Positions 1-8,666 of a stretch of 64,000 bases of DNA are shown in pieces. The notes beneath the pieces are model-generated. The model made no database searches, had not been told where the DNA came from, and worked only from the letters and a program-made list of their open reading frames with translations. Position 1 is the stretch's first letter; the number at the start of each line of letters is the position of its first letter. The position numbers and the translations under genes were made by a program. The DNA comes from Fibrobacterota bacterium (GTDB taxonomy: Bacteria; Fibrobacterota; Chitinivibrionia; Chitinivibrionales; Chitinivibrionaceae). The DNA lies in the NCBI GenBank assembly GCA_051745065.1, contig JBNJDQ010000001.1:4816-68815 (forward strand). The letters run 5' to 3'.

Positions 1-423
1 GGCGACGAACTGGGGGCCCTGGAAGCTCTTCACGCAACCGTTGCCCTTGCCCCCCGTCTGAGCCGCCGTTTTGATCTGCCGCCCTTTCCCATCGAATCGG
101 CCCTGAACCGCTCTATGCGAATTGCCGTGGGCACGGAAAGCTGTGCGCACAGTCCCACAATCAACCTTCTCGATGAACTCTTTGAAATTCACAAAAATCA
201 CCCCGCCCTGGAACCGCAGCACCTGCTGAATATGGTTACGCAAAACCCAGCCCGCGCCCTCGGAATGGAATCAGCACTGGGGAAACTTGCTCCGGGATAT
301 TTGGCCGATATGACCGGCATACGTATTGATTCCCTTTCAAAAAATCCCCTCTCGGATATTATTTGCGGGAATAATTTTGTCGAATTTGTTATAATTGATG
401 GTGATCCGATAATCGTACCCTAA
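1..423 (+). CDS. Amidohydrolase-superfamily protein, C-terminal part (5' end outside window)
   Basis: Frame is open from base 1 to the stop at 421-423. The motifs VTQNPARALG and GKLAPGYLADM are typical of the amidohydrolase C-terminus. Confidence 0.75.
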   Translation, partial: GDELGALEALHATVALAPRLSRRFDLPPFPIESALNRSMRIAVGTESCAHSPTINLLDELFEIHKNHPALEPQHLLNMVTQNPARALGMESALGKLAPGYLADMTGIRIDSLSKNPLSDIICGNNFVEFVIIDGDPIIVP

Positions 424-438
424 CTTCCGGAGTCAGCC

Positions 439-1224
439 GTGAGACAGTACCTCTTTCTTATTTCCATTCCCGCAGTATTTGCCTGCACTCCCGCACCACA
501 GAAGGACGTTCTCTCTCCACACTATAACATTGAGGAAATCCAGGCCCAAACCCAGCAGAACAGCACTGATCTGGAGAAGACCCAAAAAACCCTGGAAGAG
601 CTTAATTCCAATATCCTTTCAACACGAAGTAATCTCCAGGATCTCACCGTGCAAACGTCCATGGTGTCTGCCGCGCGCATAGAAGAACTTGAAACTCGCC
701 TTGCCCTGCTCATAGAAGCATATCGTGATCTCTACAGCGACGTTGCATCCATCCGCGTGCTTCCACAGGTCAAAACGGCCAAAACCACAGCCAAAAAACC
801 GGAAGGATTTTCCTCCGCATCAGTCATGACTGACATCTTCGGGGGTTCGGAATACACGATCTACAGTAAAGGGCTGCAGGCATACCGAAATCAGTTTTAC
901 GAGAAAGCCCGCAGAATTATGGGGCACTTAATTGAAACGCATCCGGAATCGGACTATATCGGGGCCGCCCATTACTGGATCGGAGCTGCACAGATGGAGT
1001 TAAAACGCTTTGATAAGGCCGTAACAAGCCTGGAGCGTGCAGAAAAGGCCCCCGGTTCTGACAAGAAGGATCATGCAGCTCTCAAGCGCGCACAATGCTA
1101 CATCGCTCTCAACGATACATCCCAGGCCAGGGAAACGCTCACCTACATCCTCGAGCGGTATCCCGCAACGATCTATCGGGATATTATCGAACAAACCCTT
1201 GCCGATCTTTCGGATAATGACTGA
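439..1224 (+). CDS. CpoB/YbgF-like lipoprotein (coiled coil + TPR)
   Basis: Lipobox-like VFAC after a hydrophobic N-terminus, a coiled-coil stretch, and C-terminal TPRs (AHYWIG, AALKRAQ, ERYP) as in tol-pal YbgF. Confidence 0.7.
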   Translation: MRQYLFLISIPAVFACTPAPQKDVLSPHYNIEEIQAQTQQNSTDLEKTQKTLEELNSNILSTRSNLQDLTVQTSMVSAARIEELETRLALLIEAYRDLYSDVASIRVLPQVKTAKTTAKKPEGFSSASVMTDIFGGSEYTIYSKGLQAYRNQFYEKARRIMGHLIETHPESDYIGAAHYWIGAAQMELKRFDKAVTSLERAEKAPGSDKKDHAALKRAQCYIALNDTSQARETLTYILERYPATIYRDIIEQTLADLSDND

Positions 1225-1445
1225 GCAGATGAATCCCCCATTACTGTCCCTGGATGCACCATTCCCATTTCTGTTTACATTATAATCATTATTCAGTCAA
1301 CCTACGCATTTTCTGTCCATCGGCCCTTTCTGCCGAAAGAATAACGGATGACAGAAGGTCCAGTGAAGAATGGTGTTCTTTTTTTCTGCAACAAACCTGA
1401 ATATTTCTATATTGTAAGGAAACGGATAATCAAAGGATAGTGCAA

Positions 1446-1889
1446 ATGCAGTTACCAAAGAACCGACGCAAGCAGAAACGCAGGGAGAAGCGCTGTCAAT
1501 ACGTGGACCCCAAAACCGGGGAAAAATGCAACCACCTTTTTTTCGGTATTCATATCTCCAAATACTGCGAAGAACATCGAAAAGATAAATACCGAATTCG
1601 CAAAAGGACAGCCCCCGAGGATATCAACAAGAAGAACCAGACCATTAAGCACAGCTACACCGAAGTGATGACCATGGAGTCAACCTGTTCACTTCACGGC
1701 TGCAACGAAAGTTTCGAGATCAAGATATTTCCGCGGCAGTATGTATATCCCAAATACTGTCCCAAACATCGCAGTGAGTACCGCCGTGTCCGCCATCTGA
1801 CCAACATCGGACGTGAGGATCTTATCGAAGAAATGAAAGCCGGGGGTGAAACAAAGGAACTGGACATGACCGACGAACACGATGAATAA
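1446..1889 (+). CDS. Hypothetical basic protein with two Cys/His clusters (putative Zn-binding)
   Basis: AAAGGA RBS before ATG 1446. Two similar units: C-x9-C...KYCEEHR and C-x4-C...KYCPKHR. Confidence 0.7.
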   Translation: MQLPKNRRKQKRREKRCQYVDPKTGEKCNHLFFGIHISKYCEEHRKDKYRIRKRTAPEDINKKNQTIKHSYTEVMTMESTCSLHGCNESFEIKIFPRQYVYPKYCPKHRSEYRRVRHLTNIGREDLIEEMKAGGETKELDMTDEHDE

Positions 1890-1897
1890 ATACCGTC

Positions 1898-3445
1898 TCA
1901 GTCCTCTATCTTTTTACTGAGATAGAGGACATTACCCCGATCATTATACTTAAAATCATAATCATAAGCTTCGAAAATCCGAATACCCCGCCCCGAATCA
2001 AGCAGATAATGGCGACTCTCTTCTTTTTGTTTTTTCAGGTGACTCTTCCAATCAAATCCGCGGCCTTCATCCTCAATACGAATTTTCAGGTATGCCCCCT
2101 CAATGCAGATCGTAACGGCCACTCGGGCCGCAACATTCTCACGGCATCCGTGAACAACAGCATTCCCCAGGGATTCATACAAAACAAGCTTAAAACTGTA
2201 AATATCGAAGGATCTCCCCGGATCATCGGGAAGATCTTCAATTATCCGGTGCAGACATGGATCGATAAGCCGGCGGATTGCATTGAAGGTATATTTTCTG
2301 CACCCTCCTTCTTCCGAGACAGTAATGCCCGGTGCCTGGCCGGGAAAATCCGCGGTAAGAACCATGACATCATCGTCCACGGGACCGCGCTGATCCTCAG
2401 TCAGGGTGTACAGCCGGCGAATCAGCTCATCCTTATCTGATATATTGCGCACTTCGTGTACTTTTTTCACGAGATCCCCTGTCTCCGCACTCCATACGCG
2501 CTCCCCTTCTATCAACCCATCCGTATAGATAAGGATTCGGTCTCCGGGGTACATGTCCACTGAATATTTACGGAATACCGCCTGATCAAATACCCCGAGA
2601 ATATCACCGCCGCGACCTATTTCACGAATATTACCGATCCCGGGAATAAAGATGAGGGGAGGATGCCCCATGCTGATAACAGTCAGAGTATTCTTTCGTC
2701 TGTCGATAACAGCATAGCAGGCAGTCATATACTGTCCGATACGCATTAGTTTTTCCAAAACGGAATTGATAATGCGCATACTTTCAATGGGCGTATTATA
2801 GGACGTACAGTTTTGGTGTAACAAAGCCTTTACAGAGGATGTCAGAAAACTTGTAGATATCTGATGTCCTGCAAAGTCACCGACGAAATACCCGTATACG
2901 TCATCGCTTATCTGAATGATATCGTAAATATCACCACCGGCAGCATGCAGGGCCTCGTAATAAACGGAAAAGTACGCCTCCGGCATATCTTCCGGGCGTT
3001 TGAGCAGTGAGTTCTGAGCTTCGTTGATCTGTTTGAGTGTATCTGCCTGCGCATTCGCCAGAGACTTAATTGTGGAATAAAGTTTAATATGCGCTTTGAG
3101 GCGGGCGCGGACCTCCAGTTTATTAAAGGGCTTGGTAATGTAATCCACCGCCCCCAGTTCAAAGCCTTTTGCGAGTGATTCCGGCCCTTCTCTGCCCGTA
3201 ATAAAAATAACGGGGATCTCCGCGGTTTCAGGCTGTGACTTCAATCGGCGTATTACCTCAAATCCGTCCATACCGGGCATAACAATATCAAGAAGAATGC
3301 TGTCAAAATCGCCTTCCCTTGCATTTTCCACAGCTTCTGCCCCTGAATGGACAGAGACAGTATCGTAACCGTTTTTCTCCAGAATAGAACTGAGTACCGC
3401 CGTATTAACAGGCAGATCATCTACAATCAGAACGCGGTGCTTCAT
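1898..3445 (-). CDS. Response regulator fused to PP2C (SpoIIE-like) phosphatase and RsbW-like HATPase
   Basis: REC (ILLDIVMPGMDG, YITKPF), PP2C motifs (GGDIYD, VGDFAGH, YTDGLIE, DDDV), and a C-terminal ESLGNAVVHG...DEGRGF...SGRGI. Confidence 0.85.
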   Translation of the reverse strand: MKHRVLIVDDLPVNTAVLSSILEKNGYDTVSVHSGAEAVENAREGDFDSILLDIVMPGMDGFEVIRRLKSQPETAEIPVIFITGREGPESLAKGFELGAVDYITKPFNKLEVRARLKAHIKLYSTIKSLANAQADTLKQINEAQNSLLKRPEDMPEAYFSVYYEALHAAGGDIYDIIQISDDVYGYFVGDFAGHQISTSFLTSSVKALLHQNCTSYNTPIESMRIINSVLEKLMRIGQYMTACYAVIDRRKNTLTVISMGHPPLIFIPGIGNIREIGRGGDILGVFDQAVFRKYSVDMYPGDRILIYTDGLIEGERVWSAETGDLVKKVHEVRNISDKDELIRRLYTLTEDQRGPVDDDVMVLTADFPGQAPGITVSEEGGCRKYTFNAIRRLIDPCLHRIIEDLPDDPGRSFDIYSFKLVLYESLGNAVVHGCRENVAARVAVTICIEGAYLKIRIEDEGRGFDWKSHLKKQKEESRHYLLDSGRGIRIFEAYDYDFKYNDRGNVLYLSKKIED

Positions 3446-4212
3446 GTATTACTCTCCACAGAATTTGAGAACATAACAGAATCAAGACACCGCAGCGAGT
3501 GGGTATCAAGATTAAAGAGTGAACGAAATACGGGCTCTCCAAGTGCGCAGGCGCATAATATATCAAGGGAAATATTCATATCCGGCGAATCAAGGTCGCC
3601 AACGGTATCCGTATCAACTTCACAGTGAATTATTTCCGAAACAGCAAGGATCTCTTCAATTACCCCTCCGGGATAGAGCCCTTTCTCCTGAATATCGTGT
3701 ATCATATCGTAATGTATCAGAAAAACATGCTTTCCCCCGCGGTAAGACTGCTGCATATCGCGAATCAGCATTCGTGATATTTCCCAGCTTTTTTTCGGGG
3801 AGACCGCAACAGTCAGAATCTCCTCTTCTCCTCCTGAACACATTTTGTCAAGCCCCGCGATTACGGCTGCTGCTTCGGGGCCGGATTCCGTATCAGTTTC
3901 AAGAAGATTCTGCAGCAGATCCCGTCCGCTGAGCAGCAGATCAATAGTTTCTGCCCCAAGGGATATTTTTTGGGCCCGAAGCAATCCAAGGACATTTTCC
4001 ATTCGGTGTGCGGTTGATACAAACTGAGAAAGACCGAGGAACGATGCAGATCCCTTAAGATTGTGAATATCCCTGAAAAGACCGTTCAGCCCTGCCGGCA
4101 TTTGCTGATCAACCCTCCGGCCGGAAAAGAGAAGAAGTATCTCTTCAATTCGATCAAGCCTCTCAAGGGCGTTCTCTTTGAAGGCAGCAAAATCATCATC
4201 GTGAAGAGTCAT
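3442..4212 (-). CDS. Stand-alone Hpt protein resembling the CheA N-terminus (P1 + following domain)
   Basis: LFRDIHNLKGSASFLG and TAHRMENVL CheA-type Hpt motifs; no kinase domain. Confidence 0.8.
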   Translation of the reverse strand: MTLHDDDFAAFKENALERLDRIEEILLLFSGRRVDQQMPAGLNGLFRDIHNLKGSASFLGLSQFVSTAHRMENVLGLLRAQKISLGAETIDLLLSGRDLLQNLLETDTESGPEAAAVIAGLDKMCSGGEEEILTVAVSPKKSWEISRMLIRDMQQSYRGGKHVFLIHYDMIHDIQEKGLYPGGVIEEILAVSEIIHCEVDTDTVGDLDSPDMNISLDILCACALGEPVFRSLFNLDTHSLRCLDSVMFSNSVESNT

Positions 4213-4217
4213 TATAT

Positions 4218-4496
4218 CTACTCGATTTCGATATGCTTATCAAGACGCATCACCTTAAACATACGAATAATATCGGGATTAACATTACGCAGGCTGAGCA
4301 GTCCGCCGTCCTTCTGGAGACTGTTCTGTACCTTGATAATAAAACCGATCCCCGTTGAATCAATAATGTCAACCTCGGACATATCAAAGGTAATATGCTG
4401 AACACCTTCAGCAATAATATCACTCACCTCTTCATGGAGATGCCCCACCGTGGATGATACGATATCTTCACGTATCTCAATGATTTCTTTACTCAT
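4218..4496 (-). CDS. STAS-domain anti-sigma factor antagonist
   Basis: FDMSEVDIIDSTGIG motif with the phosphoacceptor Ser; GAGGTG RBS before ATG 4496. Confidence 0.85.
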   Translation of the reverse strand: MSKEIIEIREDIVSSTVGHLHEEVSDIIAEGVQHITFDMSEVDIIDSTGIGFIIKVQNSLQKDGGLLSLRNVNPDIIRMFKVMRLDKHIEIE

Positions 4497-4518
4497 GATC
4501 TTCACCTCAACCTTTCTC

Positions 4519-5841
4519 TCAGCGTAATACTCCCTGAATTATATCATTGAGCTCTGTCATATCAAAGGGTTTATTTATTACTGCATGAAATGATGCCCGG
4601 TCAACCCACGGATCACTGCGCGCTTCTTCCTGTGTCGTCACAAGAACGACGGGCACCTCCGGACAAAGAGAACGGGCTTTTTCGGCAAATTCAACACCGT
4701 TCATTCCGGGCATATTAAGATCTGCAAAAACAAGAGTGGGAGTTTCCCTGCACAGGCGGTCAAGGGCTTCTTCCGCACGCATGAACGTCTCCAGGGGATA
4801 GCCCATTTTAACAGCAAAACGTTCGTATTTTTTCAAAATAAAACGCTCATCATCAACAGCCCAGATAACCCCCCGGGAGCTGTGGACCGCGTGGGTCAGG
4901 GGGATATCATCTTCAAAAAGAGAAAGGTATCTCTTCCGGTAAGCCTCCATTCCCCGGTGCTGTAGCAGCTCACGCAGAGCTGTGCGGAAGGACTCATGCC
5001 CTGAAAGGGATTCCACGATGGATTCACAGTTTGTGAAAACAAGAACCTCCGCCAGACGGCCAGCGGGATACACGCCGCTTTCAAGCATATTGTACATACC
5101 CGCAATAAGGGCTTTATCGGATTCATTTTGTAAGCCGTTGCCGACGGCAAAGGCAACCTCATCACTCCCGTCAAAGAGCCCGTCTGCCAGGAGAGCACTG
5201 TTTTTCTTCGGTGCAATTCTGCGAAGTGTTGCGTATGCCACGGCCCGAACATTCTCACTCTTCGGCGTGACCTGTACAACACGGCGAACATAGGGTTCCG
5301 CTTCGGAAATTTTAAGACTGCCGATAATATCCAGAATCGAAATAATCATGTTCGGATGATCAATATGTGAAAGCAGCTGATCAAACAGGATGGAATAGAA
5401 ATGCTCATTCATGATTCGTTTTATCTCAGCCTTGATGAAATCACGCAGGCGCACATCCTGAACGGCAAGTTTTTCCAACAACAGTTTTACTGCCGTGGCA
5501 GTGCCAGTATCAGCAACCTTCTTGACCAAAAGAAAATCATTCTGATCGTCTCCGCCCAGGGCGTTGATCAGCAGCGTTTCCCCCTGCTCACTTTGAGCCA
5601 TCTTTTCGATTGCCCCCACCTGCACAGAACGACTGCCAAGAGACAGAAGCTTTTGCAGATGTCGCGAAGGAATCATATCATTTTCAAGCAGATAAAAAAG
5701 CTGATCCTCTCCCGCTGCGTCCAGCGCCTCCGTGAGCCCCGGGGCACCGGTGGAATCTTTCAAAAGCTCATGCAGCAGAGTGTCACGCTCTTGAGTACGA
5801 TGATTATGCATTGAATCTGTTCCCTTTTTTGTATTAGCCAT
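4519..5841 (-). CDS. HEAT-repeat protein with C-terminal receiver domain
   Basis: Helical HEAT-like N-terminal region (ENVRAVAYATL, DEVAFAV), then REC (AVDDE, FADLNMPGMNG, VINKPF). Confidence 0.75.
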   Translation of the reverse strand: MANTKKGTDSMHNHRTQERDTLLHELLKDSTGAPGLTEALDAAGEDQLFYLLENDMIPSRHLQKLLSLGSRSVQVGAIEKMAQSEQGETLLINALGGDDQNDFLLVKKVADTGTATAVKLLLEKLAVQDVRLRDFIKAEIKRIMNEHFYSILFDQLLSHIDHPNMIISILDIIGSLKISEAEPYVRRVVQVTPKSENVRAVAYATLRRIAPKKNSALLADGLFDGSDEVAFAVGNGLQNESDKALIAGMYNMLESGVYPAGRLAEVLVFTNCESIVESLSGHESFRTALRELLQHRGMEAYRKRYLSLFEDDIPLTHAVHSSRGVIWAVDDERFILKKYERFAVKMGYPLETFMRAEEALDRLCRETPTLVFADLNMPGMNGVEFAEKARSLCPEVPVVLVTTQEEARSDPWVDRASFHAVINKPFDMTELNDIIQGVLR

Positions 5842-5912
5842 ACAAAGTCCCCTGTAAAATCTGATACCCTATGGTAGCTTATTTTTTCAGGGAGTTCAAG
5901 GGATATTATGCA

Positions 5913-5937
5913 GGAGAGAGGGAAAACCCCTCTCTCC
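5913..5937. terminator. Strong hairpin downstream of ppdK (no U-tract)
   Basis: GGAGAGAGGG-AAAAC-CCCTCTCTCC perfect 10-bp stem just past the ppdK stop; the lack of poly-T weakens an intrinsic-terminator call. Confidence 0.4.
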
Positions 5938-5945
5938 CGGGAATA

Positions 5946-8648
5946 TTACTTATTCTCAATTACTGCCTGAGCAGCTGCAAGACGTGCAATAGGCACACGA
6001 TAGGGAGAACAGGAAACATAGTTAAGTCCGATGTTATGAAAGAACTTAACCGATTTCGGCTCACCGCCGTGTTCACCGCATACACCGCATTTCAGGTCTT
6101 TCTGAGCAGAACGGCCTTTTTCGACACCGGTCTTCACGAGCTGACCAACACCTTCCTGATCAATCGACTGAAAAGGATCTTCCTGAAGGATCTTCTTATC
6201 CAGATAATCAGGCAGGAAAGAGCCGACATCATCCCGTGAATATCCAAGTGTCATCTGTGTCAGGTCATTGGTACCAAAGGAGAAAAATTCCGCTCCACCA
6301 TCTACGGCTGCAACCTTGTCAGCAACAAGTGTTGCCCGGGGAATCTCCATCATCGTTCCAACCTGATACTTCAGATTTGAACCGCGTTCTGCAATAATTG
6401 CATCAGCTGTTTCACGGATGATCTTTGCCAGATAATTAAACTCTGTTTCGTTTCCGATCAGAGGAATCATTATTTCAGGCTTAACCGTAACACCGGCATC
6501 ATCCATATTGCAGGCAGCTTCAATGATTGCCTGAGCCTGCATCAGGGCGATTTCCGGAAACGTAATGGAGAGGCGGCACCCGCGATGACCGAGCATGGGG
6601 TTCATTTCATGCAGAGAGTCGATCTTCTGCTGAACCTTTTGCTCAGAAATATTCATGCGCTGAGCCATCTCTTTGACGCCTGCCGCATCGCCGGGAACAA
6701 ATTCGTGAAGGGGCGGATCCAGCAGACGGATAGTTACACCGTAGCCGTCCATTGCTTTAAAAATGCCTTCAAAATCCTCTCGCTGATAGGGCAGAAGCTC
6801 GTTAATTGCCGCCTGACGGTCTTCCTTGGTTTCAGCAAGGATCATCTTACGAACAGACCATACGCGGTCTCCTTCGAAGAACATGTGCTCTGTACGGCAC
6901 AGGCCGATACCATGAGCGCCGAGGGACCGGGCAACTTCCGAATCACGGGGAGAATCGGCATTGGTGCGAACATCAAGTGTCCGAATGCTGTCGGACCAGT
7001 CCATAATGTCAGCAAACATCTTGTAGACTTCAGACTTCTGCGCGTCCGCATTCCCTTCGACAAGGCCGGAGATAACAGGAGAAGACGAAGAAAGGACTTT
7101 CCCTGTAATGATCTCACCGGTTGTTCCGTCAATTGCAACAGGATCGCCTTCATTAATGACTGCATCACCGTTTTTGATTGTCTTTGCAGACGCATCGATT
7201 TCAATATCACCGGCGCCTACCACACAACATTTACCCCAGCTTCGGGCAACAACCGCTGCATGAGATGTCATACCACCCGTGGAGGTGACAACAGCTTCGG
7301 CGTACGCCATACCGGCAACATCTTCCGGGGACGTATCACGACGGAAGAGGACAACCTTCTTACCGGCTTTGGCCCATGCAACTGCATCATCAGCAGAAAA
7401 TACAACCTGACCGGAGGCAGCACCGGGTCCGGCGGGAAGACCTGTGGAAAAGAGCCGGCCTTCATCAATAGCCGCCTGTTTTTCCCGGGGGGCAAGAATG
7501 GGGAAAAGCAGCTGATTGAGATGATCACCCTGAATACGGGACAGAGCTTCCTCTTTGGAGATACGCCCTTCCTTTACCATATCCCAGGCGATTTTTACCG
7601 CTGCGAGCCCCGTGCGCTTACCTGTACGTGTCTGAAGAAGATAGAGATTTCCCTCTTCAATGGTAAACTCAATATCCTGCATATCACCGTAGTGATCCTC
7701 AAGCTTTTTGCGAATATCAGTCAGCTCTTTGTAGATATCGGGCCAGAGATCACCCATTTCATCAATGGATTTGGGCGTACGGATACCGGCAACAACATCC
7801 TCACCCTGTGCATCCACAAGGAATTCACCGTAGAAATGGTTTTCCCCGGTTGACGGATTACGTGTAAAAGCCACACCTGTACCTGAACTCTTACCCATAT
7901 TACCAAAAACCATGGCCTGTACATTAACAGCAGTACCCTTGAGGCCGAAGATTTTTTCTTTCTGACGGTAAAGCTCAGCACGGGGGGTCATCCACGATTT
8001 GATAACCGCCATAATGGAGAGATCAAGCTGCTTGCGGGGATCCGTGGGAAAATCTTCGCCCACAGCGTCACGGTATACGGCTTTGTAATCTTCAACGACG
8101 GTTTTCAGCTCATCAATGGTAAGTTCGTTGTCAAAGTCGCGGTTGAATTTAACCTTCGCGGCTCTCAGCTTATCTTCAAATTTTTCATGAGCTACACCCA
8201 TGACAACATCACCGAACATGTTGATGAAACGACGGTATGAATCCCAGGCCATACGCTCATTACCGGTCTTTTTTGCAAGACTTGCAACAACGTCATCATT
8301 AATTCCGAGATTCAGAACAGTATCCATCATCCCGGGCATGGACTGTGCTGCACCGGAACGAACCGATACAAGGAGCGGGCTCTCGGCATCACCGAATTTT
8401 GCACCCTTTGTTTCCTCCAGACGGTCCACATGTGCATTCAGTTCTTCTGCAAGAGTTTCCGGCATGGTTTCGCCGTTTTCATAGTAATACTCACACACAT
8501 CTGTGGTAAGGGTGAATCCCGGCGGAACGGGAACACCAATGCTTGACATCTCTGCAAGGTTTGCACCTTTACCGCCAAGCTCAAGTTTCATAGAACGATC
8601 GCCTTCCGCCGTTCCTGCACCAAAGGAGTAAATATACTTCTTTGCCAT
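5946..8648 (-). CDS. ppdK: Pyruvate, phosphate dikinase
   Basis: LGGKGANLAEM, GMTSHAAVVAR (phospho-His), FFSFGTNDLTQ and CGEHGG motifs; GGAGG RBS before ATG 8648. Confidence 0.97.
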   Translation of the reverse strand: MAKKYIYSFGAGTAEGDRSMKLELGGKGANLAEMSSIGVPVPPGFTLTTDVCEYYYENGETMPETLAEELNAHVDRLEETKGAKFGDAESPLLVSVRSGAAQSMPGMMDTVLNLGINDDVVASLAKKTGNERMAWDSYRRFINMFGDVVMGVAHEKFEDKLRAAKVKFNRDFDNELTIDELKTVVEDYKAVYRDAVGEDFPTDPRKQLDLSIMAVIKSWMTPRAELYRQKEKIFGLKGTAVNVQAMVFGNMGKSSGTGVAFTRNPSTGENHFYGEFLVDAQGEDVVAGIRTPKSIDEMGDLWPDIYKELTDIRKKLEDHYGDMQDIEFTIEEGNLYLLQTRTGKRTGLAAVKIAWDMVKEGRISKEEALSRIQGDHLNQLLFPILAPREKQAAIDEGRLFSTGLPAGPGAASGQVVFSADDAVAWAKAGKKVVLFRRDTSPEDVAGMAYAEAVVTSTGGMTSHAAVVARSWGKCCVVGAGDIEIDASAKTIKNGDAVINEGDPVAIDGTTGEIITGKVLSSSSPVISGLVEGNADAQKSEVYKMFADIMDWSDSIRTLDVRTNADSPRDSEVARSLGAHGIGLCRTEHMFFEGDRVWSVRKMILAETKEDRQAAINELLPYQREDFEGIFKAMDGYGVTIRLLDPPLHEFVPGDAAGVKEMAQRMNISEQKVQQKIDSLHEMNPMLGHRGCRLSITFPEIALMQAQAIIEAACNMDDAGVTVKPEIMIPLIGNETEFNYLAKIIRETADAIIAERGSNLKYQVGTMMEIPRATLVADKVAAVDGGAEFFSFGTNDLTQMTLGYSRDDVGSFLPDYLDKKILQEDPFQSIDQEGVGQLVKTGVEKGRSAQKDLKCGVCGEHGGEPKSVKFFHNIGLNYVSCSPYRVPIARLAAAQAVIENK

Positions 8649-8666
8649 CAATTCCTCCAATTTATC

